Shown one piece after another: positions 46,478-56,518 of a DNA stretch of 64,000 nt. Source of the DNA: Phycisphaerae bacterium (GTDB lineage: Bacteria; Planctomycetota; Phycisphaerae; UBA1845; Fen-1342). A program made the position numbers and the translations under genes. The stretch is taken from NCBI GenBank assembly GCA_963675745.2, contig CAXXWX010000013.1, positions 32,001-96,000 of the forward strand. Reading direction: 5' to 3'. Position 1 is the stretch's first letter, and each line of letters opens with the position of its first letter. The notes below the pieces were generated by a model that saw only the letters and a list, made by a program, of their open reading frames with translations, had not been told where the DNA came from and did not search any database.

Positions 46478-47353
46478 TTAGAAGCGGAAGGCGTCGTCAC
46501 CGAACGGCGGGTTCAGCTCGATGTCGGTGTAGATGTAGCTTCCCAGGAGCTTGGTCTCGTCGTGGTCAGCGTAGGAATACGCCGCCACCGGCAGCAGTAG
46601 TTCCTGGTCGATATGCGTGACGAGCCTGGCATCCGGATACTTGCTATTCTCCCCGGTGTATGGCAAGTCGCGCGTGATTACGATCGTCGGACGACCATTC
46701 ACCTGACCCGTGCCCGAGAATCGAAGCTTCAGATCCCCATTGCTCTCGGCCAGCGCGCTGTATCTCTCAAATATGTCAAAGAACGCCTGGAAGCCGGCGA
46801 ACTCAATCGAGTGCCGACTGGCTTTCTTTGCATCGGGGCCATCCACGGGCATCATGATGTCCGAGACGATCAACCGCGCCAGACCGTTCGGCTCGACGCG
46901 CGCCAGCTTCTCGCCCTTTTTGTTCACGTTCGCCGGATCGTCGATGAAAAGCGCTCGCTTACAGGCGTCGGCGTTACTGTGCCAGAGCATATAAATCGTC
47001 GTCGGCTCACACCGATAGCGAACTTCGACCACCTGCACCTTCGACATGCCACTGCCGAGCAGCTCCTGCTTGGTCAGCGTCGTGCGGTAGCACTTGACCG
47101 TGTCCTCATAGCGCCGCTGGGCATAACGCACGAATGCGCGGGGATCACGCTGCGCCAGGGTTACTGGAGAATCAGCGGGGTGCGGGGCGCCGCCGGGCTT
47201 GTTCGTGGCGAAGCTCGCCGCCACAACCTCGGGCGTTTGGCCGGGCACGCCGGCGCCGGCTGTACGGGGGCGCGCGCCGATCCACGTCACCACGAGGATC
47301 ACTGATAACAACGCAGCACTGATGTAGGCGATTCCGCGGCGGGTCCGGGGCAC
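46478..47353 (-). CDS. DUF1571-like exported protein
   Basis: N-terminal TM, 'TLTKQE', 'IYMLW', 'SRHSIEFAGF', 'LPV...Y..Y.DIELN'. Confidence 0.7.
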   Translation of the reverse strand: MPRTRRGIAYISAALLSVILVVTWIGARPRTAGAGVPGQTPEVVAASFATNKPGGAPHPADSPVTLAQRDPRAFVRYAQRRYEDTVKCYRTTLTKQELLGSGMSKVQVVEVRYRCEPTTIYMLWHSNADACKRALFIDDPANVNKKGEKLARVEPNGLARLIVSDIMMPVDGPDAKKASRHSIEFAGFQAFFDIFERYSALAESNGDLKLRFSGTGQVNGRPTIVITRDLPYTGENSKYPDARLVTHIDQELLLPVAAYSYADHDETKLLGSYIYTDIELNPPFGDDAFRF

Positions 47354-47531
47354 TTAACAAAACTCCTAGTGGCGGGTGGGCCGGGAGTTGAAGGCTAACG
47401 CAACTCCCACGCCATATTCCATCGTCAAGAGCCTCCGTGCGTCTTGACTTGCACGACCGCGCCGGCGTGCAATGGCATTGTGGCAACGTATTCTAAGAGA
47501 TACTAGTCGCCGGACAAGCACAAGTTGCATG

Positions 47532-48497
47532 TTATTGTGGGTTCGCCCCGGTACTTACACCCAGGGCCCACGCGCGCAGCACTTGTTCGTACGATGTCGT
47601 GTCCGGCTCAAATTCGATGGTATGCGCTGCGCCGGCGAAGCGTTTCACTTCCAATTCCCCCGCACAGCTTGCGCGCAACCACTGTTCTGTTGGCTGGTTA
47701 CGTATGATACGGTCGCGCTCGGCGAGCAGCAGCGCGACCGGCGTGGTGATGTGCTCCTCCGGTCGGCGTAACGCCATACGGCCCAGTCGCGTGGATTGCC
47801 ACAGAAAACGCGCGGTAGCGTGCGTGAGCTTGAGCCCGTCTGAGACGATGAAGTCCCGGCCGGCGGGGTTGTCGGTGAACAGGGCCGCGTCACTCAACGG
47901 AATCGCGAACCGCCGGCTTGGGCTGAACAGCAACGCACCGGCGATGCGCAAGCGCTCGACGATACCCACGCCGACCGCTGGAAACAGGCCGGGGGCCACC
48001 AGAAGCAGGCGACTCACGCGGTCGGGCCGCCGCCGTGCCCAAGCCAACGCCAGCTTACCGCCCCAGCTCACGCCACAGATCGCCCACCGCCGCACGCCAT
48101 ACTGCCGCTCGACGGCGTCGGCAATATCGTCGAGGTCGGCAAGCCACTGTTCGGCACTGGGCGTGTCGCCGCGCGCCGCATCGTTCATACCGCTGCCACG
48201 CCGATCGGGCAGCACGACCAGCTTCCCGGCCTGCGCGAGCACGGAAGCCGACCACTCGTACCATCCGCCATGCGATTGAATGCCGTGCAGGTAAAGCACC
48301 GCTTCTTCCCCCGCGCCGGTCTCATCTGCAGCCCTGGCGGTCGCGCGCGGGGCCCGCTTCCCCGTTCCCTGTTCCCCGTTCCCCGTTCCCTGTTCCCCGT
48401 TCCCCGTTCCCTGTCTGAACCAAACGCGCCCGCGCACGGACTCGCCGTCGGACAAACGCCAGTTCATGGTCTGTGGCGGAAGAAGGGGGTGACGCAT
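47532..48497 (-). CDS. Alpha/beta hydrolase (lysophospholipase-like)
   Basis: 'LHGIQSHGGW', 'DRRGSG', nucleophile 'GVSWGG', 'HTIEFE'. Confidence 0.88.
   Translation of the reverse strand: MRHPLLPPQTMNWRLSDGESVRGRVWFRQGTGNGEQGTGNGEQGTGKRAPRATARAADETGAGEEAVLYLHGIQSHGGWYEWSASVLAQAGKLVVLPDRRGSGMNDAARGDTPSAEQWLADLDDIADAVERQYGVRRWAICGVSWGGKLALAWARRRPDRVSRLLLVAPGLFPAVGVGIVERLRIAGALLFSPSRRFAIPLSDAALFTDNPAGRDFIVSDGLKLTHATARFLWQSTRLGRMALRRPEEHITTPVALLLAERDRIIRNQPTEQWLRASCAGELEVKRFAGAAHTIEFEPDTTSYEQVLRAWALGVSTGANPQ
48358..48413. repeat. Heptamer tandem repeat (TTCCCYG)x8 inside the hydrolase CDS
   Basis: Eight exact TTCCCCG/TTCCCTG units, translated on the minus strand as QGTGNGEQGTGNGEQGTGK. Confidence 0.9.
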
Positions 48498-48508
48498 GCC
48501 GGTCGAGA

Positions 48509-48973
48509 TTAAAGCTCGCCCTGGTCGAGCACGTGGAACTTACGGCGGATCAATGTGTGACAGCCTTGGCCGAGATCGTCCACATGAATCGCCAGGCAAC
48601 TCGGGCGCGATTCGGTGGCGATCAGTGGGTAGAGGTAGTTGATGTTCACTTCGCCGGCGATGAGCGCGCTGCAAATCGTCATGATGCCACGCTTGCCGGG
48701 CGGCAACTCAACCACCAGCACCTCGCCGCTGGCCACCGCGAAGCCGGCGTCCGTCAGCATCTGGAGCGCCGTATCGGGATCATCAACGAGCAGGCGCATG
48801 ATCGAGCAATCGATGCCGCCATCCACGCTCATGCCGAGGATGTGGACTTCCTGGTCCGCGAACAGCCGGGTCAGACGCAGCAGTTGCCCGACACGATTCT
48901 CCAGGAATAATGAAAGCTGGTGACAGCAGGGGACTTCGCTGCCGTGCGCCGTTTCCATGGGTTCCAATGACAT
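48509..48973 (-). CDS. Tandem ACT-domain protein
   Basis: 'QLSLFLENRVGQL', 'MRLLVDDPD', 'EVNINYLY'. Confidence 0.85.
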   Translation of the reverse strand: MSLEPMETAHGSEVPCCHQLSLFLENRVGQLLRLTRLFADQEVHILGMSVDGGIDCSIMRLLVDDPDTALQMLTDAGFAVASGEVLVVELPPGKRGIMTICSALIAGEVNINYLYPLIATESRPSCLAIHVDDLGQGCHTLIRRKFHVLDQGEL

Positions 48974-49161
48974 AGGCGATCGTCCGACATGAAGTACGCG
49001 CACGGCATACACGACTTGACTGCCCACCGAGCTGTCCCGGTCGGTAAGCCAACCCTGTCCGGCGCGGAGCCTGTACGCAATTCCGGGCGACTGCTAGGGT
49101 ACCCAGGCCCGGTGGCCGTGTACAGGTTAAAATTACCCGGCGGCCTCCGCGCGGCGGAGAC

Positions 49162-51261
49162 ATGCGGATGGGGTCGCTGACCTTCCTATCACCCATGCTG
49201 CTGATCGGCACCCTGCTGGCGGCCTTGCCGGTAGCAGTCCATCTGCTGATGCGTCCGCGTCCGCGGCGCGTGCGCTTTCCAACCCTGGCCCTGTTGCGGC
49301 CGGCATTGTTGTCCGGCCGCCGCGCCGGTCGGCTGCGACACATCTGGCTGCTGCTGTTGCGCGGGCTTCTACTCGCATCCGCCGCGGTGTTTCTGGCCGG
49401 TCCGACCTGCCGCGCTGTCGGGGGCCACCTGCAAGGCGACTCACCGCTGGCGTGCGTGCTGGTGATTGATGATTCGCTCAGCACGCACTATCAGCTACCC
49501 GGGCAGCTATCGTTGGCCGAGCAGCTCCGCGATGAAGCCCTGCGGTTTGTCCGGCAATCCGGCAACTGGCCGGCCGGCTCGACGGTGGGATTGGTATTCG
49601 TCGCCGACCAGCGCGAGTCCATGACACCGAGTGCCGACCGCGAACATCTGCTTGGTCTCCTGGGCGGCGGGGGGGCCGAGCACGCTCACGCACGCGGGTT
49701 GGGCCCGGCGCTACGCACCGCGGCCGAGATGCTCCACGATGTGCCTCAGCCGCGCAAGGCCATCATCGTTTTCACCGACGGCGCGGCTCACGCGTGGCGC
49801 GATGTAAGCCCAGTCACATCCGATGCGGTCGATGACCTGACGTTGGAGTTGATCACGCCGCAACTCGCCACCCACACCAATATCGGGATCAGCGACGCGG
49901 CCACCATTCCGGTCGCCCCGGTGGCCGGAGCGATAGTGCCGCTGCGTGTGACCGTGGCGGCTGTCGGCGTGGCAAGTGAGTGCGCGGTGAGCGTGTCTGT
50001 GGACGCCGCCGCGCCCGTGTCCGCCAAACCGGTGCGAGTTGCCGCGGGCGGCTTCCGCGACGTCGAGTTCCAATTGCCGCCGATGGAATCCGGGCGGCAC
50101 AGCGTCACCGTTACCATCGCGCCGGGCGACCACCTGTCTTTTGATCAGAGCCGCTATCTGGCGCTGAGCACTCGGCCGCGCCCGGTTGTGTGGCTCATTG
50201 ATCCGCCGCACGCCACCCGCGACGCGGGGTCCCTGATTCTGCGCAACCTGGTGGCCCCGTCCGCACTCGATAGCACGCGCCAGGTGGTCGATCTCAAGCA
50301 ATACGCTTTGGAGGAACTACCGGCGGTGCCGGAGACGAGACCGGCGTTGATGCTGGTATTTCCCGGAGATGGTTCTGACGGACGGATCGTTGAGCAGGTG
50401 CAACGGGGCTGCTCCGCGATTCTGGTCCCACGGGGCGAGGTCGGCGAATCACCGGTCTGGGCTGGACTCTGGAAACACTTCTCCGCTCTGCCGCCCCTGA
50501 ACATTGCGGCACCGGACGATGATTGGATTCGACCCGAGCCGGGCTCACCTCTCGACCGTGACGAGCTTTCTCGTGAGTTCGCGGGCGTGACGGTTCGCCG
50601 CCAGGTTGTGATCGCGCAGCCACACGCCGATGTCGCCGTTCACGCGCGCTTTGCCAGTGGCCAGCCGGCGCTGATAAGTCGCCGATTGGGCGACGGCCTG
50701 CTGATCGCGCTGCTGACGTCGCCCGACCCGCAGTGGAGCGATTTGGGCATCCGGGCGTCGGGTCTGCTGACCTGGCTCCACCAACTCATCAATGATCCGG
50801 CGACCACGCAGGCCGACGTTGCCAACCTCACCGCACACACGGTCAGCCGGCATCGATTTGCCGCGCTGGCCGGCGAAGATCGCGCTGCGATTCATTTCCC
50901 TGATCCAGCCGCGGGCATCGAGTGGCGGGATCTGCTGGACGGCGTACCGCAACGCCCCTGGCCGACGGACCAGGCCGGGCTGTATAAGCTGGTTGGGGCC
51001 GCGTCCGCCGCACACTACGCCGTCAACTGGCCGGTCGACGAGTCCGACTTCACCCCGATTGCGGCGGATCAAGTGAGCGAGCTGACCGGTGTGGCCGACG
51101 TCAGCATCCTCGCGGCTGAACGGTTATCGGGGGCACGGCCGACTGTCGCGCGCCCCTGGTATGGCTGGCTGCGACCCGACGTGGCTCTGGCGCTGCTGCT
51201 TATCCTGGTGCTGCTGGCAGAGACCTTCTTTGCCGACCGGCTCCCGCGGGCCGCGAGCTGA
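49162..51261 (+). CDS. BatA N-terminal plus VWA domain membrane protein
   Basis: 'FLSP..LPVAVHLL.R..RRVRFP', 'VIDDSLS', 'VFTDG', 'AVN..ESD', C-terminal TM. Confidence 0.85.
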   Translation: MRMGSLTFLSPMLLIGTLLAALPVAVHLLMRPRPRRVRFPTLALLRPALLSGRRAGRLRHIWLLLLRGLLLASAAVFLAGPTCRAVGGHLQGDSPLACVLVIDDSLSTHYQLPGQLSLAEQLRDEALRFVRQSGNWPAGSTVGLVFVADQRESMTPSADREHLLGLLGGGGAEHAHARGLGPALRTAAEMLHDVPQPRKAIIVFTDGAAHAWRDVSPVTSDAVDDLTLELITPQLATHTNIGISDAATIPVAPVAGAIVPLRVTVAAVGVASECAVSVSVDAAAPVSAKPVRVAAGGFRDVEFQLPPMESGRHSVTVTIAPGDHLSFDQSRYLALSTRPRPVVWLIDPPHATRDAGSLILRNLVAPSALDSTRQVVDLKQYALEELPAVPETRPALMLVFPGDGSDGRIVEQVQRGCSAILVPRGEVGESPVWAGLWKHFSALPPLNIAAPDDDWIRPEPGSPLDRDELSREFAGVTVRRQVVIAQPHADVAVHARFASGQPALISRRLGDGLLIALLTSPDPQWSDLGIRASGLLTWLHQLINDPATTQADVANLTAHTVSRHRFAALAGEDRAAIHFPDPAAGIEWRDLLDGVPQRPWPTDQAGLYKLVGAASAAHYAVNWPVDESDFTPIAADQVSELTGVADVSILAAERLSGARPTVARPWYGWLRPDVALALLLILVLLAETFFADRLPRAAS

Positions 51262-51350
51262 TTGTGTGTCGGTTGGCGGATGAGGCTGATTCGCGATGCC
51301 GTGCCGGCAAGTCGCTCCTGGATCGGTCATGCCCGGTTCGTTCCGTGGAT

Positions 51351-51393
51351 AAAAAAAGCAGGTCCCGCGCCAGCCAGTGATTGACGCGGGACC
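51351..51393 (-). terminator. Rho-independent terminator-like hairpin on the minus strand
   Basis: GGTCCCGCG...CGCGGGACC stem followed on the minus strand by TGC-TTTTTTT. Confidence 0.6.
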
Positions 51394-51513
51394 GCGAAGG
51401 GGGACACGACAGCTTCCACGTTAATAGTCCAAAGTTTTATTGAAGTGGGCGCGCCCATTCGCCGATTCATGCCAGGATTTCACATCTTCCGCGGCAGGCC
51501 GCCCCACGCCCGC

Positions 51514-51541
51514 TTGCATTCCTCCATCGGCGACTTATTAT
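51514..51541 (+). promoter_or_regulatory. Sigma70-like promoter, probably leaderless
   Basis: TTGCAT-N16-TATTAT with ATG 8 nt downstream and no RBS. Confidence 0.45.
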
Positions 51542-51548
51542 CGCGCCC

Positions 51549-52211
51549 ATGCGATTCACGCTTTCGATGATTCTTGCGCCGGCGTTGTTGTTTTCGGTGA
51601 TCGGCTGCCAGGCACCCCGGCCGTCGGGGGCGCCCAACGAGCTGCGCGTGGCCGTGCGTGATTACGATGCCTTTATTGACGCCACGCTCACAATCCTGCG
51701 CGAGCAACATTTCCAGCCTCAGCAGGTCGACCGCGAGGCCGGCCGGATCGCTGCCGGGCCGGCTACCGGGGCCCAATGGTTCGAGTTCTGGCGCAGCGAT
51801 TCACAGGGGCCGTACCAGCTCTTGGAGTCCAGCCTGCACACCATCAAGCGGGTGGTCACGATCAATATCGAACCGCTTGGACCACTATCGGATGTGGATG
51901 CCGCGGCGCCGCTCGTCACGGAATCCACGGCGGAGCAGGCCGAACCGGTTGGCGGGTGCTATCGCGTTGCGGTGCGCGTTGATAAGTCGCGCTATAGCGC
52001 GCCCGAACGACAGGTCACAACTGCGTCCGGTGCCCTGGCCATCTACAGCGAGCGGCTGCCCACTACCGAGGGCTTGCGCGCCGCGCGGGCGCGCGGCGAG
52101 CACTGGGTGCCGTTGGGACGCGACGAGTTGCTGGAGGCGTACCTGCTGGCGCTGCTGGCGGATGCGGTTCCGATGATCGAATTGCCTGACTTCCCTCCCG
52201 CCACTAACTGA
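51549..52211 (+). CDS. Hypothetical lipoprotein
   Basis: Lipobox VIG-C, 'QWFEFWR.D', 'W..LGRD..LE'. Confidence 0.7.
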   Translation: MRFTLSMILAPALLFSVIGCQAPRPSGAPNELRVAVRDYDAFIDATLTILREQHFQPQQVDREAGRIAAGPATGAQWFEFWRSDSQGPYQLLESSLHTIKRVVTINIEPLGPLSDVDAAAPLVTESTAEQAEPVGGCYRVAVRVDKSRYSAPERQVTTASGALAIYSERLPTTEGLRAARARGEHWVPLGRDELLEAYLLALLADAVPMIELPDFPPATN

Positions 52212-52285
52212 GCGAACACGCGCAGCCGTGTCTGTTCGTCAAGTTTGACTCATCCCCCCGCGCGTGAATGCGCGCCACGGTGCGT

Positions 52286-53515
52286 CTACTCAGCGCCGAC
52301 CACGAACTCCCGCAGCACAGCACGCCGCATGTCGCGCGCCTCGGCCACGTTGGCCGGGATCGGCAGGCGGGCGCGATCAGCCGCCGTGGCGTGCAATGAG
52401 GCATAGGAGAAGAGTGCAAAATCGCCTCCGCGCGAACGGCAATACTCGAGCTGCGCCTGGATCTGATCCGGCTGCTGTGCCTTGTAGATACCAAGGCCCG
52501 GTACGATCCTGGCGCCGGACGCCACTGCGCCATAGCTGTCGATATCGCGTGAGAATTCGGCAATCTGCGCGGTGTAGGCCATGGGCATCACGACATCCAC
52601 CAGTCCGCTGCGCAGCCATGATTCACTGTCCTGCAAGTAGCGCGCATATGCCGCCGCCGGATCGCGGACCACCGCCGCCGACAATTCAGCATCCGGCAAG
52701 TGCCGGCGCAGCGTCAGGCCGATTTGCCCGACCAGTCGCGTAAGCTGCGCGGCGCGCCAGCGATCCCAGGCCGCCGGATCGTCTTCTGGCGTCTGCCCGG
52801 TTTCATCACGGTACAGCGCCAGCGTGCGGCTATCGCGCGGGTAGCGCTGCTTCGCATCGGGCGCGGTCTCCCAGGCATAGCGCACGTAGTCCAGGTGCAG
52901 GCCGTCAATCGCGTAGTTCGCCGCGATCTCGCCGCACACCGCCGTGATGTACTCGCGAACCTCGGGCAGGCACGGATTGAGAATGACGTAGCCGCTGCCG
53001 AGCGGTTGGCGGTGTTCGCGCGCGTCGTGCAGAAACCACTCGGGGTGGGCGTAGTGAAGCTGACTGCGGATGGCGGGTGGTTTACTACCGCTCCATCCGG
53101 GCATGACGTTGATCCATGCGTGTATGCGCAGCTTGTTGGCATGGGCTTCACGCACGGCGATAGCGAGCGGGTCAAACCCGGGATCGCGATGACCGTATTC
53201 CCGCGACCAGGGCTCCAGCTCGGACGGATACGATACGGTGGCGTCTCCGCGCACCTGAAACAGAACCGTGTTGATGCCCAGATGCGCGCAGTTGCGCATG
53301 ATCGTGGCAATGTCGTCCGCGTAGTGGTAATGCATGCGCGCCACCCAGACCGCCCGGATCGGAAGCGGCGCCGCGGCCGGCCGAACATCGGCAACGGTGT
53401 GTGGCGTAGGGCGCGCCGGAGGTGCGCCGCGCCGCGAGCATCCAACCACCCCGAGCGCTACCAGCGCGCCCAGGATCAGGATGTGGGTCAGCGACTGTCG
53501 CGCAACTCCTGGCAT
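52286..53515 (-). CDS. GHL10/YddW-like glycoside hydrolase lipoprotein
   Basis: Lipobox VVG-C, 'RAVWV', 'NTVLFQVRG', 'DGLHLDYVRY', 'WLRSGLVDVVMPMAY'. Confidence 0.87.
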   Translation of the reverse strand: MPGVARQSLTHILILGALVALGVVGCSRRGAPPARPTPHTVADVRPAAAPLPIRAVWVARMHYHYADDIATIMRNCAHLGINTVLFQVRGDATVSYPSELEPWSREYGHRDPGFDPLAIAVREAHANKLRIHAWINVMPGWSGSKPPAIRSQLHYAHPEWFLHDAREHRQPLGSGYVILNPCLPEVREYITAVCGEIAANYAIDGLHLDYVRYAWETAPDAKQRYPRDSRTLALYRDETGQTPEDDPAAWDRWRAAQLTRLVGQIGLTLRRHLPDAELSAAVVRDPAAAYARYLQDSESWLRSGLVDVVMPMAYTAQIAEFSRDIDSYGAVASGARIVPGLGIYKAQQPDQIQAQLEYCRSRGGDFALFSYASLHATAADRARLPIPANVAEARDMRRAVLREFVVGAE

Positions 53516-53607
53516 ACGAAAGCTCCGGCGGTCTGGTGAACCGTACCGCAACAACCCCGGGGCGCTCAACCCCGCGGATGTTCGAGTTGCGCAGTTATGA
53601 GGGTTGT

Positions 53608-55932
53608 TCAGCCTTCACCGCCGAGTAGGGCGACGAAGCTGTCAATGTCGCCGTTGTTGACCAGCGTATCCTGGTTTATGTCGGCCAGGAAGATGTCACA
53701 GTCCGGGTACACCGTTGCGTAGGTTGCCGGTTGCGTCACGGCCAGCACGAATGGGTCGATATCGCCGTTGTTCAGCAGCCCATCGCAGTTCAGGTCGCCG
53801 AGCGCGTAGCAGGGGAGCCTGGTGATCACCTGGACGTCGGCGTCCGAATTGTCCAGCCAATCGGTGGCGGTCCAGGTGCGCAGAATCTGGTCGCCCTGGT
53901 CGTCGTCTTCATATTCCACGCTGGGAGATGCGTCACAGAAGTCAACGGCGGTCGCCAGACCCGTGTGGTTCGGGTCCGTGGGCTCGCCACAGGGTACTTC
54001 CACATTGGGGGGCAGCGTGAGATCAGGCGGTGTCACGTCGATCGCGATGTTTGGAATGGTCAAAAGCGATGGCTCCGTCTCGCCACCGGCATACGGAAAC
54101 AGACGCGTCGTGGGCACGTGCGTCCTGAAGGTCACCAGCCCCGGGGCGTTGCAGTCGTCGGTCAGCGCCGCAAAGGTCACAACGGCCATGGCCATGTCAA
54201 CGTCAGTACCAGGGTCGCCGCCGGTAACGCCGACGCGGTAATCGATATGGCCGGCGACCTCGTCGATCTGACGGTCAAGCTCCTGCACAAACGGGTTGTT
54301 GGGGTCCGGCGTCACGTCTCCCGGCTGGATGTCGATGAAATCGAGCAGATTGGGGTCGTACTCCAGGAAGAACTCGCCGCCGACAATCGCCTCCTGCGCG
54401 TCCGCCATGCAGATTCGCACGACAAGCTGGTCTTTGGTTTCCAGCGTGGTTGGGTCTGGGATGAGCTTTGGTTCGCACTCGTCGGGGACGCCGCTCTCGT
54501 CAGTGTCCTGCGAAGTGCCCTCGGCGATGTCGATCACGTCGGGGATGCCGTTGCCGTTGCAGTCCGCGAAATACTCGAACGGCCCCAAGTCGACCAGCGG
54601 GGCGGTGCCGCTGCCGGTATCCGCCGTGTCCAGGTCATCTATGAAGCGCGGTTGCTGGTCGAAGTCGAACGGTAGGGGTTCCTGGACGATTTCATCTTCG
54701 TCGAGATCCATGCGATCAGTGGGAACGCGGTCGTTGTCGCCGGCATCAACACCCGGCGAGCCGCTGGGTATGTGATAGTCGCCGTCAATCCACACATCGT
54801 CGTTGGGATCAGCCGGCGTGTTGGCGTCGTCCCAGTGGCCCGGGTCAACGAACAGCGGGTCGGCATCGATATTGCCGTCCAGCCAATTCAGCGTCGCCTG
54901 GGCGGCCATGTAGAAGCCCTGCTGCCCGTCCTCGACGTCGTCATGCGCGATCGTGAGGGTGGAGGCGTAGCCCACTGCCCCTTGCGGCCCCTCGGGCGCC
55001 TCGTTTGCCCAGAGGATGGAATTGGCCAACTGCGAGTTGCCGAACGTCGTCGCCATGACCGCTCCACCGCGACTGCTGGCCCGGTTTCCTGTGAAAACAC
55101 AGTTGGAAGTGGCGACGTAGGCCTGACTGACGTGCATGCCGCCGCCGCGGTCGGCGCGGTTGCCGTTTATGGTGCAGTTCGCGATCGTGCCCGAAAAGTC
55201 AATATACAGGCCGCCGCCATCCGCGCCGGCCGTATTCGCGATGATCTGGCAGCCAATGATGGAGGAGCTGCCGCTCAGGGCGTGGATTCCGCCTCCGTTT
55301 TCCGCAGCCACGTTCTCGCTGATCACACAGCCAATCAGTTCGATATTCCCGGTTTCCGCGTAAATGCCGCCTCCCCTTGATGCGGTGTGGTTGCCGCTAA
55401 TCACGCAATTGTAGATGCGCGAATGACTGCCGAGCAGATAGATGCCCCCGCCCGACGCCGCGGCCGTGTTCCCGGTAATGACGCAGTTCTGGATTGTCGG
55501 GTGCGCAAAGTAGCAACGAATGCCAGCGCCGTAATCCTCTGCTCCGCCGGTTATCGTCAGACCGTCGACAGTGGTCTCGGCGGGATCGTTGTCGAGAAAC
55601 CAGAAACCGCGCCCGGTCCCCTCACAATCGATGATGCAGTTGTCAGGACCGTTGGCGGAGCGCACGATCAACGCCTTGCCATCCACGTGCAAGTCCTTAT
55701 TGCCGGCGCCCGTGTACACGCCGTCCGCAATGACGATCTCGTCATTACCGTTAGTCTCATCGATGGCAGCCTGGATGGTCGCCTTTGGACCGCACGTGTC
55801 CCCGTCCCACACGGCGCAGAGGCCATCCCAACTGTCGTCGCCGGTGGCAGTGTTAACGTAATACACCGTCGCGCCGCAAATCGGCGTCAACGACGCAGAC
55901 AACACCAGGCAAGTGACAAATGCGCGCATCAT
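53608..55932 (-). CDS. Secreted right-handed beta-helix protein with cohesin-like, HYR-like and dockerin-like domains
   Basis: 'TIQAAID', GGGI/N-TA repeats, 'VDLGPFE', cohesin-like 'GGEFFLEYDPNLL...AVVTF', 'DVTPP', paired 'GDLNCDG..DIDPF / ADINQD..DIDSF'. Confidence 0.85.
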   Translation of the reverse strand: MMRAFVTCLVLSASLTPICGATVYYVNTATGDDSWDGLCAVWDGDTCGPKATIQAAIDETNGNDEIVIADGVYTGAGNKDLHVDGKALIVRSANGPDNCIIDCEGTGRGFWFLDNDPAETTVDGLTITGGAEDYGAGIRCYFAHPTIQNCVITGNTAAASGGGIYLLGSHSRIYNCVISGNHTASRGGGIYAETGNIELIGCVISENVAAENGGGIHALSGSSSIIGCQIIANTAGADGGGLYIDFSGTIANCTINGNRADRGGGMHVSQAYVATSNCVFTGNRASSRGGAVMATTFGNSQLANSILWANEAPEGPQGAVGYASTLTIAHDDVEDGQQGFYMAAQATLNWLDGNIDADPLFVDPGHWDDANTPADPNDDVWIDGDYHIPSGSPGVDAGDNDRVPTDRMDLDEDEIVQEPLPFDFDQQPRFIDDLDTADTGSGTAPLVDLGPFEYFADCNGNGIPDVIDIAEGTSQDTDESGVPDECEPKLIPDPTTLETKDQLVVRICMADAQEAIVGGEFFLEYDPNLLDFIDIQPGDVTPDPNNPFVQELDRQIDEVAGHIDYRVGVTGGDPGTDVDMAMAVVTFAALTDDCNAPGLVTFRTHVPTTRLFPYAGGETEPSLLTIPNIAIDVTPPDLTLPPNVEVPCGEPTDPNHTGLATAVDFCDASPSVEYEDDDQGDQILRTWTATDWLDNSDADVQVITRLPCYALGDLNCDGLLNNGDIDPFVLAVTQPATYATVYPDCDIFLADINQDTLVNNGDIDSFVALLGGEG

Positions 55933-56401
55933 GGTGTGCGACCATCCTCTCTTGGCGTCGAAGCCGCCAGCCAACGCTCACGTGACCTGCGTTGCCCGAT
56001 ACTGCGTCGCGCAGCGGCCTGGCAGATCGATCCCATGTCATAAGCGGCTGGCCGGAGGCTGTTCGACTGTGCCTGCCGGCCCGGCAGATTGGTGCCTCGC
56101 AGCGCGCGCAATGCCAACTGCCCGTTGCCGCAAACCCTCACGGAGGTGAGGACTTGTGGCAGTGACTGAACTGTCGGAACGCAACCGTGCCCGGCAAGGT
56201 GCGGGGCTACCTTCCCGCTCGCGCGTGCTTCAGGCCCATTGTAGCGAAGTGAACCTGCGAATCGAATCATGAACCGGCGAAAAGGGCGGCGTATTTCGCT
56301 TCAACGCGGGGTCGGTGCTGGCAAGTCTGATAACCGTGGGGCGCCAAGTGTGTCCGTAGCAGCTTCGTCCGAAAAAGATATCCCGATTGGATGAAAATCC
56401 C

Positions 56402-56430
56402 TTGCATTTACGGCAGCCATCCCGTACAAA
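56402..56430 (+). promoter_or_regulatory. Sigma70-like promoter for the PEP-CTERM genes
   Basis: TTGCAT-N17-TACAAA. Confidence 0.45.
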
Positions 56431-56518
56431 ACGAAGAGGAGAGAGAAGGGTGAGAACGTCCCCACCCAGATATTGCTCATATATGCTCATTGGGTAGAGC
56501 GACACAGGAGGAGGATGC

